From NCBI GenBank assembly GCA_963827295.1, contig CAWHAI010000015.1, forward strand, positions 9,407-73,406: a stretch of DNA of 64,000 bases, written 5' to 3'. Positions 51,669 through 60,862 of the stretch are shown one piece after another. This stretch comes from an uncultured Chloroflexia bacterium. Its GTDB lineage: Bacteria > Chloroflexota > Dehalococcoidia > SZUA-161. The translations under genes and the position numbers were made by a program. Numbering within the stretch: position 1 is the stretch's first letter; each line of letters starts with the position of its first letter. The notes beneath the pieces are model-generated. The model worked only from the letters and a program-made list of their open reading frames with translations. It made no database searches and had not been told where the DNA came from.

Positions 51669-51703
51669 GGTGTTAAAGAGATGGATTGCGTTCTACATTG
51701 CAT

Positions 51704-53441
51704 CTAGCACCCTTTAAAGCGGTTTGTAATGGGCAGCCTCCTGTCCCTGCCGAATGCTCTAGGGGTTATCTTGACCCCCGGCGGTGCCTGGCGACGTTTG
51801 TACTCACTAGTGTCTACCAATCGGGCAGCCCGTTTGACTACTTCTTCGTCTATCCCCATAGCGATAATCTGCTCGACGCTTTTGTCCTCCTCGACATAGG
51901 CTGTTAGGACAGGGTCGAGCAGGTCATACGAAGGCAAGGAGTCGATATCCTTCTGGTCTGGCCTTAGCTCTGCAGAGGGCGGCTTTTCAAACACTGCAGA
52001 GGGTATCAGCTCACAACCTGCCAGCGAGTTCCTGTATCTGGCGACTTGGTAGACCATGGTTTTGGGAACGTCTTTTATCACCGCAAAGCCGCCTGCCATA
52101 TCACCATACAGCGTGGTATAGCCAGTGGCCATCTCGCTCTTATTGCCTGTGGTGAGAACGAGCCAGCCAAATTTGTTCGATAGCGCCATGAGCAAATTGC
52201 CTCTAATGCGGGCTTGAATGTTCTCCTCTGTGACATCCGGCTTAACCCCTTTGAATGGCTCAGCCAGCACATCGATATATGCTTTGAAGACCTTCTCGAT
52301 AGGAATAGTCATAAGCCTTATGCCCAGATTTCTAGCCAGCAATTCGGCGTCCGAGACGCTGCCGGGAGATGAATATCTGGACGGCATTGATACCCCTATC
52401 ACGTTCGAGGGGCCCAGGGCATCGACGGCAATAGTTGCCACTATGCTGGAATCGATCCCGCCGGAAAGCCCTATGACTACTTTTTTAATCCCGTTCTTGA
52501 GTATGTAGTCACGTGTACCCAGCACCAGCGCATCGTAAATCTCGCCAGGAAGCCCGCGCACCTCGATTTGTCTCTGCGGCAGCGGCGGTTTTGTAGCACT
52601 GCTTGGCGCCTGCGGATACCACAACCTTCGGTGCGTTCCAGTGTTGCTCCTCCAGCAGCAGCGTCCTTTTCCTCCAGCGCGGGTCGTGCAGGCGGGTCAG
52701 GAAGACAGCCTCAACATCGAGGTCAGCCACTATCAGGTCATCTTCGAACTGTTTGCCTCTGGCTATGAGCTGTCCCTTCTCATCCATTACTATGCTGTTG
52801 CCGTCGAAGACCAGCTCGTCCTGCCCTCCCACCAGGTTGTTGTGGGCCACGATAGCCACATTGTCCGAGGCGCGTGCCCCAAACATCCTCTCCCTGAAGT
52901 TGCGCTTGCCGAAGTGATATGGTGAGGCGCTTATATTCACTATGACCTCAGCCCCGGCGTAAGCCTGGATGGTAGCCGGCCCGGCCTCGTACCAGATGTC
53001 CTCGCAGATGTTGATTCCCACATTGACGCCAGCTATGACGTAGACCGTACACTCCCTGCCGGCCTGGAAGTAGCGGTTCTCATCGAAGACACCGTAATTA
53101 GGTAGGTATATCTTGTGATAAACACCGACTAGCTTTCTATCATGGATCACTGCGGCAGCGTTAAAGATGTCGCCTTTTGCATCGACAAAGCCGACCACCG
53201 CTGTAAGCCCGGAGCAGCCTTCAACTACCCTATCCAGAGACCGGATATTCTCCTCGATGAACTTGGGTTTGAGGAGTAAGTCCTCCGGCGGATAGCCGCA
53301 GATGGCAAGCTCAGGGAATGTGATAAGGTCAACACCCAGAGACCTGCCTTCAGTGATGGCCTTCAGAATCTTCTCGGTGTTGCCCTTGAAGTCACCTACT
53401 GTAGTATTAATCTGAGCCATGCCGAGCCGCAGCCGGCGCAT
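51704..53441 (-). pseudogene. nadE: glutamine-dependent NAD+ synthetase (CN-hydrolase plus NAD-synthase domains), one frameshift
   Basis: N-terminus RLGMAQINTTVGD...FPELAICGYPPEDL...ICEDIW. After a break at ~52590: [12 protein letters not shown]. Confidence 0.85.
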
Positions 53442-53476
53442 GTCACTTCCTCCAGATAATGTAAGCTGCAGGCAAC

Positions 53477-54836
53477 CTACAAAATCGGCAGGTATTTCTT
53501 GAGCTCGTAATCAGTCACTTGAGTCCGGTACTGGTCCCATTCGATCTTCTTGTTCCTAATGAAAGCATCGAAAACATGGTCGCCCAGAGCCTTGCGCACT
53601 ACCTCGCTTTTCTCAGTGAGGTGTATGGCGTCCCAGAGGCTGGCGGGCAAGGTGCCTATCCCTTCTTGGTCCTCTCCTTGTCAGTCATCTCATACACGTT
53701 TTCTTCCACAGGGGGGGGCGGCTCGTATCCTTTCTCAATCCCCTCCAAACCCGCGGCCAGCATGACGGCGAAAGTCAGGTAAGGGTTGCAGGCAGGGTCG
53801 GGCGACCTGAACTCTATCCTGGTGGCGTTCTCTTTGCCAGGCTTGTATTCCGGAACCCTGATGAGGTCAGACCTGTTTCGCCGTGCCCAGGAAAGGTAAA
53901 CAGGAGCCTCATAGCCGGGAACCAGCCGCTTATAGGAGTTAACCCACTGGCTGGTGACAGCTGTGATCTCTGGGGCATGCTTCAGCAGCCCGGCTACATA
54001 GCTCTTGGCTATCTTGGAGAGGTGATACGAGTCTTTGGCATCGAAGAAGGCGTTCCTGCCGTCTTTGAACAGAGACTGGTGAACGTGCATGCCGCTGCCG
54101 TTGATGCCGAACACGGGTTTGGGCATAAAGGTGGCGTAGACGCCGTGCTTTATGGCAATCTGCTTGACCACCAGACGATAGGTCATCACGCTGTCAGCCA
54201 TGGTCAGGGCGTCGGTATACCTCATATCTATCTCATGCTGGCTGGCAGCAACCTCGTGGTGCGAATATTCAACGCCGATGCCCATCTCCTCCAGGGTGAG
54301 AACTGTATCCCTCCTCAAGTCAGTGGCTGCGTCCAGAGGAACCATATCGAAGTAGCCCCCCTGATCCAGAGGCTCAGTTGTTGGCTCCTTGTGTCCTTTG
54401 GAGTCTTTGAAATAGAAGAATACTCCAGCTCAGGCCCGACATAGTAGGTGTACCCCATGTCCGCTGCCCGCTTCAGGTTCCTCTTCAAGACATACCGGGG
54501 GTCTCCCTCGAATGGCTCGCCGCCTGGCATCATAATGTCGCAGAACATCCTGGCTACAGCATGGTGTTCCTTGGGCCGCCACGGTAGCAACCGGAAGGTA
54601 TCGGGGTCCGGCAGAGCCATCATATCGCTCTCGTCAATGCGGGCAAACCCCTCGATGGAGGACCCGTCAAAGCCCATCCCCTCCTCCAGAGCGCCCTCCA
54701 ACTCCTCCACGGTGATGGCAAAGCTTTTGAGCATGCCCAGGATATCTGTGAACCACATCCTGATGAACTTTACATCGTGCTCCTTTGCCATCTTAAGTAC
54801 ATATTCCTTGCTCTCTTTCCTGCTCTTGGTTGCCAT
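53477..54836 (-). pseudogene. glnA: glutamine synthetase type I, two frameshifts
   Basis: DVKFIRMWFTDILG, GFDGSSIEGF, (break ~54415) FFYFKDSK..., MPKPVFGINGSGMHVHQSL, (break ~53660) ...IEWDQYRTQVTDYELKKYLPIL*. Confidence 0.85.
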
Positions 54837-54866
54837 TTCAAACCTCCTTCTTATTTCTCCTTTTAT

Positions 54867-55206
54867 TTAGATGGCGTTCTCGCCCTCGTCTCCGGTCCTG
54901 ATGCGTATTGCATTATCGACTGGCAAGACGAATATCTTGCCATCCCCTCTCTCACCTGTCCTGGCTTTTCTTACGATGGCATTCAGCGTCTTACCCACGT
55001 CCTCGTCAAGCACCACAGCCTCGATTTTTACCTTGGGCAGGAACTCTACCCTGTATTCCCCGACTCTCCACTGCAAGGCGATGCCCTTCTGGCGGCCCCG
55101 GCCGCTCACCTCTGATCACAGTCATGCCAAATACTCCGATCTCAGCCAGGGCAGCTCTGACAGGTTCCAGTTTCTCCGGCCTGATGATTGCCTCTATCTT
55201 CTTCAT
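54867..55206 (-). pseudogene. glnK: PII nitrogen signal protein GlnK/GlnB, 1-nt insertion
   Basis: MKKIEAIIRPEKLEPVRAALAEIGVFGMTV, then (break ~55110) SEVSGRGRQKG...YRVEFLPKVKIEAVV...TGERGDGKIFV. Confidence 0.8.
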
Positions 55207-56436
55207 AGCAGTGTGCCTCCATACGCTCTTTCCCCATGCTGGGATATGTCCAGCCACTACCTCCTCTTCCTCAACTTTGACCCTTAGGCCGATGGTAATG
55301 TCGACCAGCTTGCCCAAAATCCAGGTTGCGACGAAGGCAAAGGCTGCCACTGCAGCGACGCCAGCGAGCTGTTTGGCGAGCAGCATGGCGTTGCCATGAA
55401 TCAAGCCATCAGCACCTGCCGAGTTGACTGCAACGCTGGCGAAGATGCCAACTGCCAGAGTGCCCCATATACCTCCCATGCCATGTACTGCCCAGACATC
55501 CAGGGACTCGTCAATACCCCCCTTTGCCCTGAGAACCATACAGTAGTAGCAAATTAGCGCCGCTACTATACCTATAGGTATCCCTGCAAGCGGAGGTATG
55601 AATCCTGCAGCAGGAGTAACTGCAGCCAGTCCTGCCACAGCCCCCGTAGCTACGCCGAGTACAGAGGGGCGGCGATAAATCCATGCCAGAATCATCCAGG
55701 TCAAAGCTGCGGCTGCTGCGGAGGCATTGGTAGCTACAAAGGCACTGGAGGCCAACCCGCCCGAGGTTAGGGCGCTCCCGGCGTTGAAGCCAAACCAGCC
55801 GAACCAGAGCAGGCCGGTACCCATTATTACCATGGGTATATTATGTGGCTCCATCGGTTCCTTTTCTTTAAATCCTTTTCGCGGTCGAAGCAACAGCGCT
55901 AAAGCCAATGCCGACATGCCCGCACTTATATGGACGACTATGCCGCCGGCAAAGTCGAGAACGCCCAGCTTGGCAAGCCAGCCGCCATGTCCCCACACCC
56001 AGTGTGCTACCGGGCAATAGACTACAGTGAACCACAGTATAGCTAGAACAATGAAGGCGCTAAACTTGGTTCGTTCCACCACGCCTCCAGTCCAAAGAGC
56101 GACTGTGATAACAGCGAACATGGCCTGGAATATCATAAAGGCAAGCTGAGGGACTGTTGTGGCGTAAGTACTGGAAGGCGCCTGCCCCACCCCTCTGAGG
56201 CCGATCCAGTCCAGCTTGCCGATAATGCCGCCCAGGTCAGGACCAAAGCCCAGGCTGTATCCAAAAAGTAGCCAGAGTATGCCGATCAGGCCAAGGAGGA
56301 CGAAGCTCATCATGATGGTGGACAGCACATTCTTCCGTCTCACCATGCCGCCATAGAACAGGGCCAAGCCCGGTGTCATCAGCATCACCAGGGCTGCCGA
56401 AATAAGAATCCAGGCTGTGTCACCGGTATTTATCAT
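55203..56436 (-). pseudogene. amtB: ammonium transporter, copy 1; 2-nt loss in a G run fuses it in frame to glnK in this assembly
   Basis: It begins with the same MINTGDTAWILISAALVMLMTPGLALFYGGMVR N-terminus as amtB copy 2. GTAGTGGCTGGAC here corresponds to GTAGTGGGGCTGGAC in copy 2, at ~55235. Confidence 0.85.
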
Positions 56437-56481
56437 CTCCAGGAAATCTCCTTCCTCAATCCCACGTTTGCTTTCCTGGAG
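56437..56481 (-). promoter_or_regulatory. amtB-1 leader element: perfect 10-bp inverted repeat abutting the start codon, containing GGAA-N6-TTCC
   Basis: CTCCAGGAAA (56437-56446) and TTTCCTGGAG (56472-56481), with a 25-nt spacer carrying the SD. GGAA-ATCTCC-TTCC at 56442-56455. Confidence 0.5.
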
Positions 56482-56619
56482 TATATGCTAGCTGAGAATT
56501 GTTTCAAACATATTACAGAACAGCTCAATTTTGTATGAAAGGGGGGAAATATAGTCCGTCCCGCAACTCACCCTACGATGCTTGCCCATTTAAAGAAGTG
56601 CGGTTGGAAGATCCCTAAG

Positions 56620-56693
56620 TGGCTGCCGAGCCGGGACTCGAACCCGGGCTAAAGGATCCAGAGTCCTCTGTGCTACCACTACACCACTCGGCA
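56620..56693 (-). tRNA. tRNA-Gln (anticodon CUG), CCA encoded
   Basis: Minus strand TGCCGAGTGGTGTAGTGGTAGCACAGAGGACTCTGGATCCTTTAGCCCGGGTTCGAGTCCCGGCTCGGCAGCCA. U1:A72 pair and anticodon loop CTCTGGA. Confidence 0.85.
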
Positions 56694-56835
56694 TTAGTGC
56701 CGAAGACCGAGCTCTGAGCAGCAAACAAGTCGGTCACCTGAGCTATCTCGACATGTTCCCAAATTTTAGCCAGGGCATCCTTCACAAGTCAAACCACGAA
56801 CTTAAATAAGCATGGCTTAAGGTTTACTTACGCGG

Positions 56836-56906
56836 TTGCAGAGCCAGGGTTCGAACCTGGGTCACAGGATCCAAATTCCTGTGTGCTACCGCTACACCAC
56901 TCTGCA
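56836..56906 (-). tRNA. tRNA-Gln (anticodon UUG)
   Basis: Minus strand TGCAGAGTGGTGTAGCGGTAGCACACAGGAATTTGGATCCTGTGACCCAGGTTCGAACCCTGGCTCTGCAA. Anticodon loop ATTTGGA. Confidence 0.85.
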
Positions 56907-56975
56907 CCGATGCCTAAGGCCCGGTTCCGCTGACAACGCGATTTTCAGAGCCCAGGTCTTGCTCATCAGTCACAA

Positions 56976-57014
56976 CTATCTGACCTCGTGATGGATGTCT
57001 TCTATTTTCTTCAT
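56976..57014 (-). pseudogene. 12-codon glnK 5' remnant after amtB copy 2
   Basis: ATGA overlap with the amtB-2 stop. It reads MKKIE, as in glnK, then diverges (DIHHEVR*). Confidence 0.5.
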
Positions 57015-58240
57015 GGTAGCGTGCCTCCATATGCCCTTTCCCCGTGCTGCGATATGTCCAGCCCCACTACCTCTTCCTCCTCTTTGACCCTGAGCCCGAT
57101 GGTGAGGTCAACTATTTTGCCCAGCACCCAGGTGGCACAGAAGGCAAAAGCAGCTACAGCGGCGACACCGGCGAGCTGCTTGGCTAACTGTAAGGGGTTG
57201 CCGTGTATTAAGCCGTTGGCTCCTGCTGAATTAACCGCGACGGTGGCGAAGATGCCCGTTGCCAAGGCGCCCCACACACCACCCATGCCGTGGACCGCCC
57301 AGACATCGAGTGACTCGTCAATACCCCCCCTCGCTCTCAGAATCATGCAGTAGTAGCAAATCACCGAGGCTATAACTCCTATAGGGATAGCAGCTATTGG
57401 GCTCACGAAGCCAGCAGCGGGCGTGATTGCCACCAGACCTGCTACTGCTCCCGTGGCAGCCCCCAGCGCGGAGGGGCGGCGGTAAATCCAGGCCAGAATC
57501 ATCCAGGTAAAGGCAGCAGCCGCTGCAGCGATGTTGGTAGCTACAAAGGCGCTGGATGCCAGCCCGCCGGAGGTGAGGGCGCTACCACCATTGAAGCCAA
57601 ACCAGCCGAACCAGAGCAGACCCGCGCCCAACATCACCATGGGTATGTTGTTGGGCTCCATGGGCTCCTTTTCCTTAAACCCTTTGCGGGGCCGGAGCAA
57701 CAGTGCAAGGGCTAACGCTGACATGCCAGCATTGATATGAACGACAGTGCCGCCGGCAAAGTCAAGAACGCCTAGCTTGGCAAGCCAGCCGCCATGTCCC
57801 CACACCCAGTGCGCCACCGGACAGTAGACTACAGTGAACCACAATATAGCTAGAACAATGAAGGCGCTAAACTTCGTCCGCTCCACCACGCCCCCCGTCC
57901 AGAGTGCTACGGTGATGACAGCAAACATGGCCTGGAATATCATGAAGGCGAGTTGGGGCACTGTTGAAGCATAATCAGATGGGCCCTGTCCCACCCCTCT
58001 GAGGCCGATCCAGTCCAGCTTGCCGATGATGCCGCCCAGGTTAGGCCCAAAGCCTAGACTGTAACCAAAAAGCACCCAGAGTAGGCCGATGAGGCCAAGA
58101 AGGGCGAAGCTCATCATGATCGTAGACAGGACATTCTTGCGTCTTACCATACCCCCATAGAATAGGGCTAGGCCCGGCGTCATCAGCATCACCAGGGCGG
58201 CAGAAATTAGAATCCACGCGGTGTCTCCAGTGTTTATCAT
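57011..58240 (-). CDS. amtB: ammonium transporter, copy 2 (intact)
   Basis: 409 aa, ~90% identical to copy 1 by eye. It ends ...GLDISQHGERAYGGTLP*. Confidence 0.9.
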   Translation of the reverse strand: MINTGDTAWILISAALVMLMTPGLALFYGGMVRRKNVLSTIMMSFALLGLIGLLWVLFGYSLGFGPNLGGIIGKLDWIGLRGVGQGPSDYASTVPQLAFMIFQAMFAVITVALWTGGVVERTKFSAFIVLAILWFTVVYCPVAHWVWGHGGWLAKLGVLDFAGGTVVHINAGMSALALALLLRPRKGFKEKEPMEPNNIPMVMLGAGLLWFGWFGFNGGSALTSGGLASSAFVATNIAAAAAAFTWMILAWIYRRPSALGAATGAVAGLVAITPAAGFVSPIAAIPIGVIASVICYYCMILRARGGIDESLDVWAVHGMGGVWGALATGIFATVAVNSAGANGLIHGNPLQLAKQLAGVAAVAAFAFCATWVLGKIVDLTIGLRVKEEEEVVGLDISQHGERAYGGTLP

Positions 58241-58241
58241 C

Positions 58242-58282
58242 TCCTAGAATCCTCTTCCTAGGGCTTAAGGTTGCTTCTAGGA
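58242..58282 (-). promoter_or_regulatory. amtB-2 leader inverted repeat (8 bp, same 25-nt spacing as copy 1, compensatory changes)
   Basis: TCCTAGAA (58242-58249) and TTCTAGGA (58275-58282). Confidence 0.45.
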
Positions 58283-58366
58283 AATATACTAGCAGTCTAT
58301 TGTTTCCAACGGATTACGTGAATGTTAAATCTGTGTTACGGGGATTGAAAAAGAGGATAAGCGGGT

Positions 58367-59041
58367 CTACACAGCTTCCTTGAACTTGTAGCCTATGTTT
58401 CTCACCGTTTCGATGAAGGTATGAGTGGAGTCCTCGATCTTGCTCCTTAGTCTCGTTATGTGGACATCGACTGTACGGTCGCCACCATAGTAATCGTAGC
58501 CCCAGACCTCGTTGAGCAGAGCTTCGCGGGTGAAGACTCTTCCCTTGTTGCTTGCCAGAAATCTGAGCAGCTCATATTCCTTGAAGGTTAATTCTATGAG
58601 CCTGTTGTTCACGTATACCTCATACTTTGCCAGGTCTATAGTCAGGTCGCCGCACTCGATTAGTTCCTGACCTGTTGTGTTTTTCGCCTTCCCCAGTATA
58701 CGCTTAGCCCTTGCTACCACCTCGGTGGCATCCCAGGGTTCAACGACAAAATCATCAGCGGGGAAGTCGGAGTCTAGCCTATCGAGAGCCCCCCTGGATA
58801 GCAGGGCGATTACGGGCAGATGGCTTTCCTCTTTGATATTGCGAGCCAGATGTATCATCTCCGAGCTATTGGGCTTGCCATCAATAGCCACCAGCACCAA
58901 ATCGGGGGCTCGTTCTCCGATATTCTCTATGGCTTTCTCAGCTTCGGAATCAATCGAGCAGACCAAGCCCTTGCCAGCAAGCTCTGAGCTGAGCCTTCTC
59001 ACCTGCTCTTTTCCATCGGCTATTATGAAAATTTTGAACAA
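58367..59041 (-). CDS. OmpR/PhoB-type winged-helix regulator with degenerate receiver domain
   Basis: C-terminus LTFKEYELLRFLASNKGRVFTREALLNEVWGYDYYGGDRTVDVHITRLRSKI. The receiver reads IFIIADGKE, DLVLVAIDGKP and DDFVVEPW, with the conserved Lys replaced by Glu. Confidence 0.75.
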   Translation of the reverse strand: MFKIFIIADGKEQVRRLSSELAGKGLVCSIDSEAEKAIENIGERAPDLVLVAIDGKPNSSEMIHLARNIKEESHLPVIALLSRGALDRLDSDFPADDFVVEPWDATEVVARAKRILGKAKNTTGQELIECGDLTIDLAKYEVYVNNRLIELTFKEYELLRFLASNKGRVFTREALLNEVWGYDYYGGDRTVDVHITRLRSKIEDSTHTFIETVRNIGYKFKEAV

Positions 59042-59069
59042 GGTTGATTAGCCTCCGCCTTCGTTACCC

Positions 59070-60073
59070 CTACAAATCCCGGAAGCGTCTTAGTTTCCTG
59101 TAGTCGATGACCCCGCTCATGGCACGATTTGTTACCTGTATACCTGCTTCCACAGCGGCGGCCACCGGGTTAAGGCCGCTTTGAAGTATCATGCCCAATC
59201 TTGTTGAACCCAACTGGTATCTCACATACAGTCTCATTTGGCTTGCCCATCATAACAAGCCCATCGATTCCAGCTTCTTTTAATTTCCCTATAACTGTCT
59301 CTACCACTGGCCTGCAGGGAGACGGGAGTTCACGAAAATGAGCCAGTATTTTGCCCTCTCCCGAGTTTGCCACCTCCCGGACGCTGGTCATCCTGCTGGC
59401 AACGAATATCTCGGCGGGCGACAGTGAACAGCCTGAACACTCTATTAGCTCGACGAACCTGAAGAGGCCTGTGGTTCCGGAACTGGAGCACGCCCCCGAA
59501 CTTGGAATCCAGCGGAATGCCAGCCTTCAGAAGCGCCCCGCTTACTGCTACGCTCGAAACTGTGGCCAATCCCACCTTGCCCTGGAGGCACAGTTACTTC
59601 CCCGAGCACCTCTCCCTTCAGAAGCCACAGCCACTAAGCTCGCTGACGCAAAGGCCCGCTTGGAAAGGATCTTTCATCGCTGCAAGGGCTTTCTTGAATT
59701 CTTCTTTGGGGAATAACGATGTATTTATAGGGACCTCACCGGTCTGTTTATCCAGGTCGAGGGAGGTACGATAGGCCAGCAATTCGATTTTGGCAGCAAT
59801 TGAGCCTACCCTATCGCGGACCAGAGCGCCGCCTAGCTCCTCGATCCCTCTCTCCGTAATAGACCTGCCATCCCTCAGTCCCACGGGTCTGGTGAGACCT
59901 CGTTCATCCATCAGCTTGAGGTGATATCTCACAGCCCTTTCACCCAACTCGATGCCGAAGTCGCTGAGACGACGGGCAATAACCCTGCCGCCCAGAGGCT
60001 CCTGGGAATCGCTGAGGACTTTCAGGATCGCTACTACTTTTCTCTCTATTTCTGGAGTCTCTTGCCCTATCAT
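59070..60073 (-). pseudogene. nrpR: second NrpR-family regulator, ~3 frameshifts
   Basis: RKVVAILKVLSDSQEPLGGRVIARRLSDFGIELGERAVRYHLK.... The later parts are in other frames and end ...GLNPVAAAVEAGIQVTNRAMSGVIDYRKLRRFRDL*. Confidence 0.7.
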
Positions 60074-60144
60074 GTCTCACCCCCGCTTAGTAAGCATAGA
60101 GCCTGCCATAAGGTCTGAGCCAGCGTGGGAATAGCTTGCTGAAC

Positions 60145-60861
60145 TTATGCTTTAGTATCTCCCTCTGCATCATAGCCGAAATGGGAGGCGAACTCGCCGA
60201 CAAGTTTAGTGAGGACTTGGAAATCTTCTCCCTCCAATTCGGCAACCCCCACTTCTTTACCAAGCTGATAGCTATCCACGCTGCCCCTAAGGTAGATAAC
60301 ACCACCGTGCATGCCGGTGCCGATGAACTTGGCTCTGTGATGTTCCCCCTCTTTCAGATTAAGGCCAAGAAGGATTACTATTCCCCCAGCCATATATTCG
60401 CCAAAGAAGTCCTGGGCTGTGCCTCCTATAACCAGCACCGGCTTCTTGTCCTGGTACTCCTTCATGTGTATGCCGGCTCTGTAGCCCACGTCCTCGCGGA
60501 CAAAAATCTTTCCGCCTCTGGCCGAGAGGCCGATAATATCTCCGGCGTGACCATGAACGATTATCTCGCCATTGTTCATCGTGTTGCCGCAGCCATCCTG
60601 GGCGTTGCCGCGGACGATAATCCTGGGCCCATCCATGAACGCACCCAGGTCGTTCCCCGGCACGCCGAATATCTCGATCTCGACCGCTTTGTTCAGGTCC
60701 GTGCCGATATATCTCTGGCCATAGACATTTCGAAGCTCAATCTTCTGGGTCCCGTTCGAGACCGCCTCCCTCAGCTTGGCGTTGAGTTCACGATGGGAAA
60801 GCCCGTAGGCATCTATCTTTACTACCGAGTTAGCTTTCTCGTTGCGAACCTTTTCTGTCAT
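60145..60861 (-). CDS. glutamate synthase GXGXG (alpha-subunit C-terminal) domain protein
   Basis: 238 aa. GVPGNDLGAFMDGPRIIVRGNAQDGCGNTMNNGEIIVHGHAGD... Confidence 0.8.
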   Translation of the reverse strand: MTEKVRNEKANSVVKIDAYGLSHRELNAKLREAVSNGTQKIELRNVYGQRYIGTDLNKAVEIEIFGVPGNDLGAFMDGPRIIVRGNAQDGCGNTMNNGEIIVHGHAGDIIGLSARGGKIFVREDVGYRAGIHMKEYQDKKPVLVIGGTAQDFFGEYMAGGIVILLGLNLKEGEHHRAKFIGTGMHGGVIYLRGSVDSYQLGKEVGVAELEGEDFQVLTKLVGEFASHFGYDAEGDTKA

Positions 60862-60862
60862 C

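Noticed and set aside
55006-56436. A natural AmtB-GlnK fusion protein (476-aa ORF in the track)
   Set aside because: The fusion depends on a 2-nt gap in a G run relative to the paralog. The glnK part is itself frame-broken 100 nt later, so this is most likely an indel artefact.
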